Source of the DNA: Octopus bimaculoides
Lineage: Eukaryota
Assembly: GCF_001194135.2 (NCBI RefSeq)
Contig: NC_068989.1
Location: 19,260,064-19,324,063, forward strand
DNA: 64,000 nucleotides
Direction of reading: 5' to 3'
Shown here: positions 14,176-26,062 of the stretch, piece by piece
Numbering within the stretch: the stretch's first letter is position 1
How the letters are laid out: every line of letters begins with the position of its first letter
Notes under the pieces: model-generated
Database searches by the model: none
Seen by the model: the letters and a program-made list of their open reading frames with translations, nothing else
What the model was told of the DNA's origin: nothing
Position numbers and translations under genes: made by a program

Positions 14176-14818
14176 GGACATTTTCAGCATGGCACCTACT
14201 CCCACATTAAAATAAAGTTTACTCTCAAAGTTTTTTGTCACTATTTCCAAGACCCCAGTAACAGCCCATTGTACCATGACTTTATTAACTTCTGTGTTCC
14301 AGTACTTGAGGATTACCTACTTTAAGTCATTGTGATACTCTACCTTTTCTTTTTATTTCTATTTTCTATTTACTCTGCTATCAAATAAACATGCCACATT
14401 GATTATAATACATAGTTTCTTCTTGTCACTGACTACAATATCCAGTCTATTGTGTTTTATTGTTCTTTTGTTTACTCTTATGAAAGTTCCACAACAACCT
14501 CACTTCATTGTTTTCAAGTGCTTTTCCAAGAAAATGACTAAATCTCTTTTCTGCGCTTTTCATTTTTTTGTATTCATTCTAGGCTGTCAACATTCCAATA
14601 CAACATGAGCTATAGTCTCATCTGAATCATTGCATATTCTACTTTTGGGTGAACAGTCTTACTAATCTATCATCCTGTTAATCCATTTAGGGCCTTACCC
14701 CATCTTCCACCTTTTAATTTTTTTATCATAGCAAGTTTTCTTTATCTTCATCATTTTTGTCTTTTTTGAAAAATACTGAGTGGAGCTCCATTCCTCCAAA
14801 GTGTCTATAGTAGAAAGG

Positions 14819-14857
<39 letters not shown>

Positions 14858-14990
14858 TTGTTTTGAATTTGAGAAAGACAGACGTACTGTCGAAATATTG
14901 TTCAACGAATAAAACATCTATACAATCGAATCGCGCTCTTCGTCTTGACTATTTACCTTCGTGAAGAGTTACGTCAATCCTTTTTTAAAA

Positions 14991-15043
<53 letters not shown>

Positions 15044-15171
15044 TATGTTTGACTTTTGCTTTGCATTTGTACAAGTTGGATCCAAGTCTCACCCAGAGAC
15101 CTCAAGATACAGCAAGTTAGAAGTTCATGTAGGTGTTACGCCTAGGGTACCATATATTTCGATTTGTACAT

Positions 15172-15217
<46 letters not shown>

Positions 15218-15262
15218 GTTAAGGAATTGTTATTAAAATGTCATTTTATATTTTTCTTTTAG

Positions 15263-15755
15263 ATAATAAAGATAAGGAGTTACTTGCACACATTTCTACT
15301 GATTCTGGCAACCCTAAATATATTCCAACTGAATGTTCTCCAATTCCAAAACGTCGCAGACTCAACGCAGAACATGGCAATGAATCTAGCAGAGATGATA
15401 TCACTGCCACTCATAAATCTGAGATAGACAGCACCACTCAGTTGGTTAAAACAGAGGGAAAGAACATGGATGGAGATAGCAGTGACTCAGAAAGTAGCCA
15501 CAGTGATAGGACAGAGTTAAAGGGCAGCTGCACCGATAACATTGATGTGAATGATACAGTGAGTGACAGTCATAAGGAATATTGTACCAGGGAAACAACT
15601 AATATTTCAGAGTGTGATATTACCAGTTTTCCACTCTGTGATATTAGACAGTGGGGCTATGAAGTAGACACTGTTCAACTTCATGCTAAACTAAAAGAAT
15701 TGGATCCAACCAGTGCCCAGAAAATCCATCCAAATGATCGACGAAAATTAATCAG
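15263..15755 (+). CDS. TRIT1: tRNA dimethylallyltransferase (TRIT1/MiaA) internal exon
   Basis: Acceptor tttttcttttag|, donor AG|GTTGGT. Ends LHAKLKELDPTSAQKIHPNDRRKLIR, matching the IPP-transferase motif LHxxLxxxDPxxAxxIHPNDxRKxxR (human [26 protein letters not shown], recalled). Confidence 0.9.
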
Positions 15756-15992
15756 GTTGGTTGCTCGAATTAAATGTTGATATTTCATTGCTCTTTTTTT
15801 TTAATTCAAATGCGAATTTTCTTTTTTCATCTTTTGACATTTATATTCTTATATTCTTTTAATCTCTTTACTGGTTTCAGTCATTGGACTGTGACCATGT
15901 TGGGGCACTGTCTTGGTGAGTTTAGTCAATCGAATTGACCCTGATAGTTATTTTTAAGTTTGGTACTTATTTATTGGTTTCTAGCTTACCAG

Positions 15993-16380
15993 AGTGGAGG
16001 CGCAATGGCCCAGTGGTTAGGGCAGCGGACGCGCAGTCATAGGATCGCGGTTTCGATTCCCAGACCGGGCGTTGTGAGTGTTTATTGAGCGAAAACACCT
16101 AAAGCTCCACGAGGCTCCGGCAGGGGATGGTGGCGAACCCTGCTGTACTCTTCCACCACAACTTTCTCTCACTCTTACTTCTTGTTTCTGTTGTGCCTGT
16201 AATTCAAAGGGTCAGCCTTGTCACACTGTGTCACGCTGAATATCCCCGAGACCTACATTAAGGGTACACGTGTCTGTGGAGTGCTCAGCCACTTGCATGT
16301 TAATTTCACGATCAGGCTGTTCCATTGATCGGATCGACTGGAACCCTCGATGTCGTAAGCGACGGAGTGCCAACAGCCAC
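15993..16380 (+). mobile_element. tRNA-derived SINE family B, full length
   Basis: Box A TGGCCCAGTGG, box B GGTTTCGATTCC; TSD AGCTTACCAG (15983-15992 / 16381-16390). Confidence 0.92.
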
Positions 16381-16869
16381 AGCTTACCAGGACATAAACA
16401 AAAGAATACTGATTGTCAAAGACCACAACAAATATGAACTCAAACAAATACACACACACACACACACACCGTGTATATGGGCCTTGAATGCAGAAGACTA
16501 CCAAAGGCAAGAAAGAAATGAGGCAGATATGTGCGCATGGATGTGAAATGTTAATACACACGAATGTCATGATGATGATCATCATTATTTTAATGTCCAC
16601 TTTTCCATGCTCACATGGGTCGGACAGAATTTTGATGCGGTGGACTTTCTATGGTTGGATGTGCTTCCTTTCACCAATGCTCACCTGTTTCCAACTTAAG
16701 TAATATTCCCTATGTCTAGATATTGTTTTCACAGAAATTTGAGAGTGAAGGACACCACTTGCTTGCTAGTGACATTCTGTCACATAACATCAAGGCAATG
16801 AGACAGTGATACACATGCATACACATGCATGCACATGAACAGACTCACATGCGCATGCACACACACACA

Positions 16870-17330
16870 CACACACACACACCTGGGGTATGATGGGAAT
16901 CAGGTGTTCTGTATAAGAGAGAAAGCTGCACTGGTGTGAGAATGTGATATACATGGAAGATGATCACTGCATTAAACATGCAAACAAGGGTATGCAAATG
17001 TTGGTAGACTACATTAAACCTACATAAAGCAACTGTGTGAAGACTGAGTGCACCTGAGAAGACCTACCACATGCAATAGCAGAGTTAACAGACTGGTGAT
17101 CTGTGCAATAAGCACAACTGGATGATGATGACGATGATGATGATGAGGAGGAGGAGGAGGAGGAGAACGACGACAACACATAAGGTTGTTGAGCAATCAA
17201 AGTGAACCTGTGGAAAAAGGAGACCGAGGAAGACTTGGCATGAAATACTGAAGGCTGACCTGAGGATGTCTCACAAAGGAGAAGGTAAAGGATCATACTC
17301 ATTGGCAATATGCAGTGCTACAGAAGCCAT
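16870..17330 (+). mobile_element. Decayed RTE LINE ORF2 C-terminal fragments
   Basis: GIRCS..RKLHWC..V..MEDDHCIK and GKRRPRKTWHEILKADL-like segments. Confidence 0.55.
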
Positions 17331-17646
17331 GACCACTCATGGCAACACGTACCCGAATACAAGGGTTAAGAGGCTACAATATTATGTACCCTACCAAACC
17401 TACATCTATTGCACCCTCACCTTACATCTTCAACCCTGCTTCCCAATCACCAATTGCTTACTCCTTTTCTCCTTTCACCCATCTCCTTATCACTCATAGA
17501 CCCTTATTTCTCATCTTGCCAACACCTGATTGCACCATCTTCATCAGAATCCAACCTTCCTTCCTCCTTCACTACATCTATGTATAGGACCACCATCAAG
17601 CCCCTACTCAATACATTCTAACTTCATCCTACTATGCTGCCAGTCA

Positions 17647-17649
<3 letters not shown>

Positions 17650-17711
<62 letters not shown>
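17650..17711. repeat. (CT)n microsatellite
   Basis: Direct. Confidence 0.95.
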
Positions 17712-17713
<2 letters not shown>

Positions 17714-18009
17714 CAGGCTACTTCTGTTGTTACCCATCACTTACTCTCAACTTTATCTCACCATCCACCTCTACCTTTATCTACCCCTGTCATTGCCAAT
17801 CATCCCACCCTCACTTTATTCCTAATAGCCTTACCTTTTTCCATCATACTGTTGCTCTTTTCATCCCCACCTCCATCCTTACCTTTAGCACCTCTGTTAT
17901 TGCAAATCACTCACCTCCAATACCACTCCCACATATTCCTACCATCTTCCCATCATATTCTTACTCCTCCTTCTTTTCACCCATTCTGGTTCTTATTTCT
18001 TTATTACCC

Positions 18010-18228
18010 ACAAGGGGCTACACACAGAGGTGACAAACAAGGACAGACAAACGGATTAAGTCAATTATATCGACCTCAGTGCGTAACTGGTACTTATTTA
18101 ATTGACCCCGAAGGGATGAAAGGCAAAGTTGACCTCGGCGGAATTTGAACTCAGAACGTAGTAGCAACAGACAAAATATCGCTAAGCATTTTGCCCGGCG
18201 TGCTAACGTTTCTGCCAGCTCATCGCCT
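18010..18228 (-). mobile_element. SINE family C (CpG-rich, young-looking)
   Basis: Consensus match. Confidence 0.85.
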
Positions 18229-19024
18229 TCACCCATTCTGGTTCTTCTGATATGATTACTCCCTCTCTTTCCCCTCACTCCCTCTCATCTCCCCTCCCTC
18301 CTCCTCTCATTCTTCTCCTAGATCACCAGAGTAAATGTATGCACCCTAAATTATTGACTACTCTCTACACCCAAACTTACATCTCTATCTCCACCTCTCA
18401 GATACTCATTTCTGACTATAATTTTATCACTCCCTCTTCTTTCTCACTTTGGTCTACACACTAAGTTATCAATATATTATCAACTACTCTTTCTGTATTT
18501 ACACTTACCCACCACCTTACTGTTCATACAGTACAGTGGCTGGGGAGAAAAAGTGTAAGGTTGTAAGGTCCCTTTAGTCATGTCTTACTGGGGTCTACTC
18601 AACCCTTCTAAGTTGATGTGATGAGAAAATGCACCCACTACACTTTGTGAAGTGGTTGGTAGTAGGAAGGGCATCAAGCCATAAAACCCAAGCCAAAAGT
18701 CTATGGGAGCATTGGTTCCTAATGGGAGATGACCCAAATCATGACAACCCAATTCATGCCAGCACGGCAAGTGAAAATAAGATAACACTGCCTTTCATTT
18801 AACATCCACCTTTCCATACTTGTATGAGTTTGAATGAAGAATTAGCTAAGGAAGGAGCTTATGAGCCGAGATGCTTCTTGTAGACATCTTTTTATCTGTT
18901 CTTCAAGTTATTAGATTTCTTTATACCACAGGTCAGATATGACCTTTTGTTAACAAGGAATGAACACTACTTTGCTCAAGCAGTGACAAGGATAGAATAT
19001 AAGCATACATGCAAATTTGTGTAT

Positions 19025-19450
19025 GCAGGCGTAGGAGTGGCTGTGTGGTAAGTAGCTTGCTTACAAACCACATGGTTCGGGGTTCAGTCCCACTGTGTGG
19101 CACCTTGGGCAAGTGTCTTCTACTATAGCCTCGGACCGACCAATGCCTTGTGAGTGGATTTGGTAGACGGAAACTGAAAGAAGCCCGTCGTATANNNNNN
19201 NNNNNNNNNNNNNNNNNNNATATGTATGTGTGTGTATATGTCTATGTGTCTGTGTTTGTCCCCCCAACATCACTTGACAACCGATGCTGGTGTGTTTACG
19301 TCCCCGTAACTTAGTGGTTCAGCAAAAGAGACCGATAGAATAAGTACTAGGCTTCCAAAGAATAAGTCCTGGGGTCGATTTGCTCGACTAAAGGCGGTGC
19401 TCCAGCATGGCCACAATCACATGACTGAAACAAATAAAAGAGTAAAGAGT
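19025..19450 (+). mobile_element. SINE family A
   Basis: Box A TGGCTGTGTGG, box B GGTTCAGTCCC; N gap at the internal microsatellite. Confidence 0.88.
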
Positions 19451-19479
19451 ATGCAAACACACACACACATACACCTGCA

Positions 19480-19534
<55 letters not shown>

Positions 19535-20140
19535 ACTCTCTCTCACACACACACACACACACATGATGGGCTTCTTGCAGTTTCCCTACCAAATTCCCTT
19601 GCAGGACAATGGTTGCCCTGGAACTAAAGTAGAAGACACTTGTCCAAAGTAACATGCAGTGGGATTGAACCAGAATCCCTGTGGCTTTGAAGTGAACTTG
19701 TTGACCATACAGCCATATCTATTCCTGTATATTTAGAAACTTCAAAGAAATATTATATAATAATGGTTGCTTTCTGCTAAATGTACTAAAAATTTAGTTA
19801 ATGAGGCATGAAAAAAGCATCAGTTCTCTCATTATATCTGTAAACTTTAGAGGTGGCAAACGATGCCAGTATTTAGATGACTTACTCATTTTGCACAAAC
19901 CATTCCTGATTTAGCTAAGTGCTGTTAGAATTGAAACCATGAAACTGTTTCATACAAAAAGATTATGGACAACCAATGAGGAAACAGGATTTTAATGTTA
20001 AAAGCATCCAGATGTGGCTAGATCTTCATGTTAATATAAAAGAAAAACATCTCACATCATGTTCACACAGACAGGGTAAAGAAAAGAACCTTACTCCGCT
20101 TTGTCCCATAAACTATTTTTAGTTTTAGAAATAATAATAA

Positions 20141-20358
20141 CAATCCTTTCTGCTAAAGGCATAAGGCTTGAAATTTGTTGGGAGGGGGATAGTCAATTAC
20201 ATTGACCCCCAGTGTTTCACTGGTACTTAATTTATTGACCCTGAAAGGATGAAAGGCAAAGTTGACCTCAGCAGAATTTGAACTCAGAATGTGCAGACAG
20301 ACAAAATGCTGCTAAGCATTTTTACCTGGCATGCTAACAATTCTGCCAGCTCACTGCT

Positions 20359-20436
<78 letters not shown>

Positions 20437-21095
20437 GTGATAATGATTTCAAATTTTTGCCACAAGGGCAGAAATTTTGGGGCAAGAGAAAGTAAACTAC
20501 ATCGACCCTAGTACTTGACTGGTACTTATTTTATTGACCCTGAAACAATGAAAGGCAAAGTCAGCCCCAGTAGAATAGCAACTCAGAATGTAAAGATGGA
20601 TGAAATACTGCTAAGCATTTCGACCAGTGTGCTAATGATTCTGCCAGCTCACTGCCTTAATAATAATAATAATAATAATAATAGTAATGATAATCCTTTC
20701 TACTATAAGCACAAGGCCTAGATCTTTGTAGGGAGGGGGACAATCAATCACATCAAGCCCAGTATTTGACTGGTACTTAATTTATCAACTCCAAAAGGAT
20801 GACAGGCAAAGGCGACCACAGCGGAATTTGAACTCAGAACATAGTGACAGACAAAATACTGCTAAGCATTTCGCCCCACCCCACCCCACCAATTTCAGGT
20901 CTTGTGCCTGAAATTTGGTGGGAAAGGGCTTGTAGATTACTTCGACCCGATTGCTCAACTGATAGTTGCTTCATTGATCCTGAAAGTTTGGAAGGCAAAG
21001 TCAACGATGACAGAATTTGAAATCAGAACATAAAAATGGAAGAAAAACCTCTAAGCATTTTGTTCAATGTGCTAACAGCCTTGCCTCCTTGCAGC
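20141..21095 (-). mobile_element. Array of four same-orientation SINE C copies separated by (AAT)n
   Basis: About 20141-20360, 20445-20658, 20692-20875 and 20890-21095. Confidence 0.85.
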
Positions 21096-22121
21096 CTTTA
21101 TGATAATAATAATAATAATTAATTCGTTTTATTGGCCACAAGGGCTAATATCAATTAAAAACATGTAAGGACAAAGACAGGACGAAGGTTACAAAAGGTT
21201 TTGTCCGAAAAGGTAGGAAAGTTCATCTAAACAGAGGAAGAAAACGGAGAAAGATATAACAAATAAATAGATAAATAAATATGAGGATGATATTGATAAT
21301 ACTATTGGTTTCTGGTTTAGACACAAGGCTAATAATTTTCAGGGAGATGAGAGTAGTTGATATCATCATCCCTCAGGGGATGAAAGGCAAAGCAGATTTA
21401 AACCCAGAATATAAAAAAAAAGGAGCTGGAAGGAATACTGAAACTCCTGCCGTTTGCATTTTCCATTGTAATTCTACAGTTTCTGTTCCTTTTGTAGAGA
21501 ACATGCTAGAACAGGGATATTGAGACTTTGAACTGTTACAGAAGAGGGGGGTCTTTTTTTAATACTGAAAAAAATGTCACCTAACCAAAAAAGAAAAATA
21601 TAAGCCTCTGAATCTGTATTCCCAAGAGTAAACCACATGAAATAAATAACCTGCTTTAGATAACACTAATTCCACTGATTTACCATAAGCTGAATCTGTA
21701 TCAATTCCAAAGCTATCAGCAGAATCTTTATGCGGTGTGGTCTATGGGTAGGTGGGTGGGTGGTAGAAGATCATCTGGAAAATTAGTTTAAGATCACTTC
21801 AAGCTTTGGTTTGGTTTTTGTGTGGAACAGAGCGATTGTTGATTCTAAACATAGAGCTGCGAGAAAGGAAAAGAGTGTGAAGAGATGGGTTGTTTATTGA
21901 CAGATTTCATTATATAATCTTTATCTGGCTTCTTATCTTCAATAGTTGACATACATCAAGGAAGCATAGGCGAAGACCATTTCCTGGCCTATATTTAGAA
22001 ATGTTAGCTCTCTTCAGCATTAACCAGCTTTTCAAATATTAAAAGCTTAAGATGGTCTTTACATACATACACAGTTTTGTATTAACGGTAACAAACAGAT
22101 AGTGTAATATTCTAATATGTG

Positions 22122-22155
<34 letters not shown>

Positions 22156-22219
22156 TAATTAATATGCAGTAGTTAAGATTGTATGTAACAGGTATTTTAC
22201 ATAAAGTTTTGTTGATTTT

Positions 22220-22672
22220 AACTTCAGTTTCTGTCTACCCAATTCATTCACAAGGTTTTGGTCCAGCTCAGGGCTGGAGTAGAAGACATTTGCCAAGCTG
22301 CTACACCATAGGACTTGAACCCCTAACCATAAGCTTCTTAACCACACAGCCATACCAATTCCTATTATATCATGTGTATGTGTGTGCACCTGTGTGTGTA
22401 TATATACTCTTTTACTTGTTTCAGTCATTTGACTGCAGCCATGCTGGAGCACCGCCTTTAGTCAAGCAAATCAACCCCGGGACTTATTCTTTGTAAGCCC
22501 AGTACTTATTCTATCGGTCTCTTTTGCCGAACCGCTAAGTAACAGGGGACATAAACACACCAGCATCGGTTGTCAAGCGATGTTGGGGAGACAAACACAG
22601 ACACTCAAACACACACACACATATATATATACATATATACGACGGGCTTCTTACCACACAGCCATTCCTGCG

Positions 22673-22705
<33 letters not shown>

Positions 22706-22880
22706 TTTCTGGTTCAGTCATTAGACTGCTGCCATGCTGGAGCTGTGCCTTGAAGAATTTGTTGTTGAATGAATTGACCCCAGTACTGGTTCTTTTTTTT
22801 TTTTTTTTTGAGCCTGATACTTAGTCTATCAGTTTCTTTTGCCAGTGATGTAAACACACCAACACCAGTTATCAAGTGGT
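22220..22880 (-). mobile_element. Cluster of three partial or internally deleted SINE A copies
   Basis: 5' half at 22220-22360, deleted copy at 22405-22675, 3' part at 22705-22880. Confidence 0.75.
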
Positions 22881-23489
22881 GGAGGACAAACAACTATGGT
22901 GGCTCCATCTGCTAGAAATAGCAGCTAAAAATCCCTCGAATTAAACCATAACAATTTAATTAAAGAAAGGACAAATTGGGTAATTTGTAGTCTTAGAAAC
23001 ACACTTAAATGGATGAGGTGGCTATGATGCAGTTTAATGCTTTTGGTCAAACATCTACTGGGGCTGAACAATAACAACAGCAATCATCATCACCCATATC
23101 AATGAAGCCAGTATGTATTCTTTATTAAATGACAGTATGTTTCATATATAAATAATAGTTTCTAACATGGGTACAAGGCCTAAAATTTGGATTTGCGGAA
23201 TGGTTGATACTATCGAGCCTCTGTGCTCCATTGGTACTTTATTTTATTGACCCTGCAACTCTGAAAAGATAAAAGGTAAAGTTGATCTTAGCAGGATTTG
23301 AACTCAGAATGTAAAGCATTGGAGCAAATGCTACAAGGCATTCCTTCCAACACTCTAACAATTCTACCAAGGGAGGATGTAATTGTGTCCCTGATAATTG
23401 AGAAGTGTTCCAGCCATATCTATCCGGTCTGTCACTGTGATATAGTGTATGTGAGATTACATTATGTAATGAATCTTTTTTATCTTATC

Positions 23490-23569
23490 TTTTACTTGTT
23501 ACAGTCATTAGACTGTGGCCATGCTGGAGCACTGCCTTGAAGAATTTTAATCGAACAAATCAACCCCAG

Positions 23570-23607
<38 letters not shown>

Positions 23608-23850
23608 GACTGGTACTCATTTTATCAATCACTTGTGCTGAACTGCAAAGCTATGGGAACATAAACATACCAACATAGTTATCAAGCAGTGGTGAAGGGT
23701 AGACAAAGTCACACACATGTATACACGCCCAATGAGCTTCTTTCAGTTTCCATCTACCAAATCCACTCATAAGACTTCGGTTGTCCTGAGTTTATAGTAG
23801 AAGACACTTGTCCAAGGTGCCTTGCAGTAGGATTGAACCCAAAACCATAC
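23490..23850 (-). mobile_element. SINE family A (diverged)
   Basis: Consensus match with an internal (TA)n. Confidence 0.75.
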
Positions 23851-24019
23851 GGGTGGGAAGCAAACTTCTTTCCACACAGCCACACCTGCATTCCCTCAAA
23901 GACAATGTGAATTTGTGTTCCTGGTAGTTCTTCAATAATGCTCCTATAATGACTATCATGTCTTTCACTCTGGCATTGGATCACTGGGGTTACATCATAT
24001 AATGTGCCCTTCCTTTTAT

Positions 24020-24520
24020 TAAGACAGTAGATTTATAACTGTTATTTCTGGTAGACTCACTGATCATGTAGAGATCTTCCTTCATTAGCTCACAGCCTCC
24101 ATGTGACTATGGTTGTTGTTTCTTCCCCATGTCAGCTCTAATAAAGCAGACTTAGGATCAAGGACTTCCAACCATGACTGTCCTGCATTTTCACAGGTAT
24201 CTTGGAACACATTCAATGTATCCTATTTTGGAAGATACTAGATTGTGGTTTGATGGAGAGCTGGCTGCTATTTTTGGCACATCAAATGACTGCATAGAGA
24301 CTATCCTTGTTGTTGTTTAGCTGCAGGTCAGGTTCAAGTGAGCAGGCCTATGATCAAAGGCATCCCAGCCATGACCATCCTGTCTTTTCCCCATATACAG
24401 AGAATCCACGGTCATATCATACAGTCCTTTTTTAAGATGGTAGGATATGGTTTATGGGTGATGTGATTGCTGTTTCTAGCAGGTCAAATATCCAGGTATA
24501 GATTCCTTCATTGTCATACT
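24020..24520. mobile_element. Old unclassified interspersed repeat (GGCTGCTATTTCTAGCAGG motif family)
   Basis: Related copies at ~22880-23050, 28010-28240, 41370, 49300-49560, 55620-55770 and 63470-63790. Confidence 0.55.
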
Positions 24521-25312
24521 TGCTTGTGGTGATGGTAGGGTGGGGTGTGATTCCTAATTTTGAATCATGTTCTGTTGAGAAAGTTTAAAGAACTATCTTT
24601 GAGTATGTGTGTGTTGTACTTTGTCACCATACTTAAGTCCTTAACAAGGTATCTAAGGATTGTTAGAGTTGTTGGTGGTGGTGGTGGCGGCGGTGGTGGC
24701 GNNNNNNNNNNNNNNNNNNNNNNNNNNNNNNNNNNNNNNNNNNNNNNNNNNNNNNNNNNNNNNNNNNNNNNNNNNNNNNNNNNNNNNNNNNNNNNNNNNN
24801 NNNNNNNNNNNNNNNNNNNNNNNNNNNNNNNNNNNNNNNNNNNNNNNNNNNNNNNNNNNNNNNNNNNNNNNNNNNNNNNNNNNNNNNNNNNNNNNNNNNN
24901 NNNNNNNNNNNNNNNNNNNNNNNGTAACATCTGATTTTTATGACTTGTTCTTGGAAGCATAGGTGGGTGGGCGGGGGAGATGGAGTGGGGGTGGAGTGGA
25001 GGAGCTGGTATAGCAGGATTGCAAACACTGAGGGTGGTGGTGGCAATGGTGATGAAGTGGAGGGGATCACAGTAGATACAGAGAGAAGGAGTGGTGGTTT
25101 CTTTCTAAATTGGATCTACACTCCAAGTAGGTTGTAAAATAAGTATATTTATGAATGTTTGGCTAGTTTACATGTACTCACTCACAAGACAGTAAATAAC
25201 ACTTCACGACAAGTGGGGGAGCCAATACAGATATAGCAGCCAAATTTCTCAAATCATGCATCCTAGAGTTTTGAATTAGGAAAGGACATATTTAGATAAT
25301 GCAGTTCTACAT

Positions 25313-25660
25313 GAAGGTGCATGACTCGGTGGTTAGAGTATTGGACTCACAATCATGGGGTAGTGAGTTCGATTCCCAGAACCGGGCTGTGTGTTGTGTT
25401 CTTAAGCAAGACACTTTACTTCACGTTGCTCCAGTTCACCCAGCTGTAGAGATGGGTTGTGATGTCACTGGTGCCATGCTGTATCAACCTTTGCCTTTCC
25501 CTTGGATAACATCAATGTCATGGAGAGAGGAAGCTGGTATGCAAGGGTGACTGCTGGTCTTCCATAAAAAACAACCTTGCCTAGATTTGTGCCTTGGAGG
25601 GGAACTTTCTAGGTGCATCCCATGGCCATTCATGACCAAAGAGGGTTTTTACACTAGTTC
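25313..25660 (+). mobile_element. tRNA-derived SINE family D
   Basis: Box A-like CGGTGG, box B GAGTTCGATTCC; homologous to the 10853 copy. Confidence 0.75.
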
Positions 25661-25804
25661 TACATATCCCTAATAAAGAGTATTTGATCATGGTAGAGAT
25701 GTCTGGGATCTAGTCTTTCTCATTCGCAAAATGAGCCCCCCTTAATTTTGCTCAGATTGCTTTCAATTTTGGTGTATTGATGCAACTCTGAATTTTGATT
25801 ACAA

Positions 25805-25930
25805 TCAACCAATTACTTTATCTCGGAAATCAAAGAATCTGATGTTATTTGGCATTAAAGTTGGGAAATTTGGGTAACTTTAGCCAATCAACAGACAGCG
25901 TGGCATTAGCAGCTTGTTACCATGACAACC
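25805..25930. promoter_or_regulatory. Candidate RFX X-box plus CCAAT (NF-Y) module
   Basis: GTTACCATGACAAC at 25916-25929 fits the X-box consensus GTHNYY-AT-RRNAAC. AGCCAATCA (CCAAT at 25884-25888) and a second CCAAT at 25809-25813. Lies outside recognisable repeats. Confidence 0.4.
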
Positions 25931-26019
25931 ACACTGCATTGTGGTTCACTGTTGTCTGTGCTGCTGTTGTCTATGTTGCTGTTGTCTATGTTGATTTTTC
26001 ACAATCAATTCTTCACACC

Positions 26020-26062
26020 ATGAGATTCTTTTCACCCACGTGTTTTGTTTTAATTTTTCTGT
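26020..26062 (+). CDS. Possible first coding exon with signal-peptide-like start: MRFFSPTCFVLIFL
   Basis: cacc-ATG-A context ~90 nt downstream of the X-box; hydrophobic run; donor T|GTTAGT. Downstream exons ambiguous. Confidence 0.15.

Noticed and set aside
15993-16070. tRNA gene (also heads at 36780, 19030 and 25320)
   Set aside because: tRNA-like heads continue into multi-copy SINE bodies with TSDs and tails; no complete cloverleaf.
20141-21095. CRISPR-like repeat-spacer array
   Set aside because: Units are ~200-bp diverged SINEs separated by microsatellites; eukaryotic context, no cas genes.
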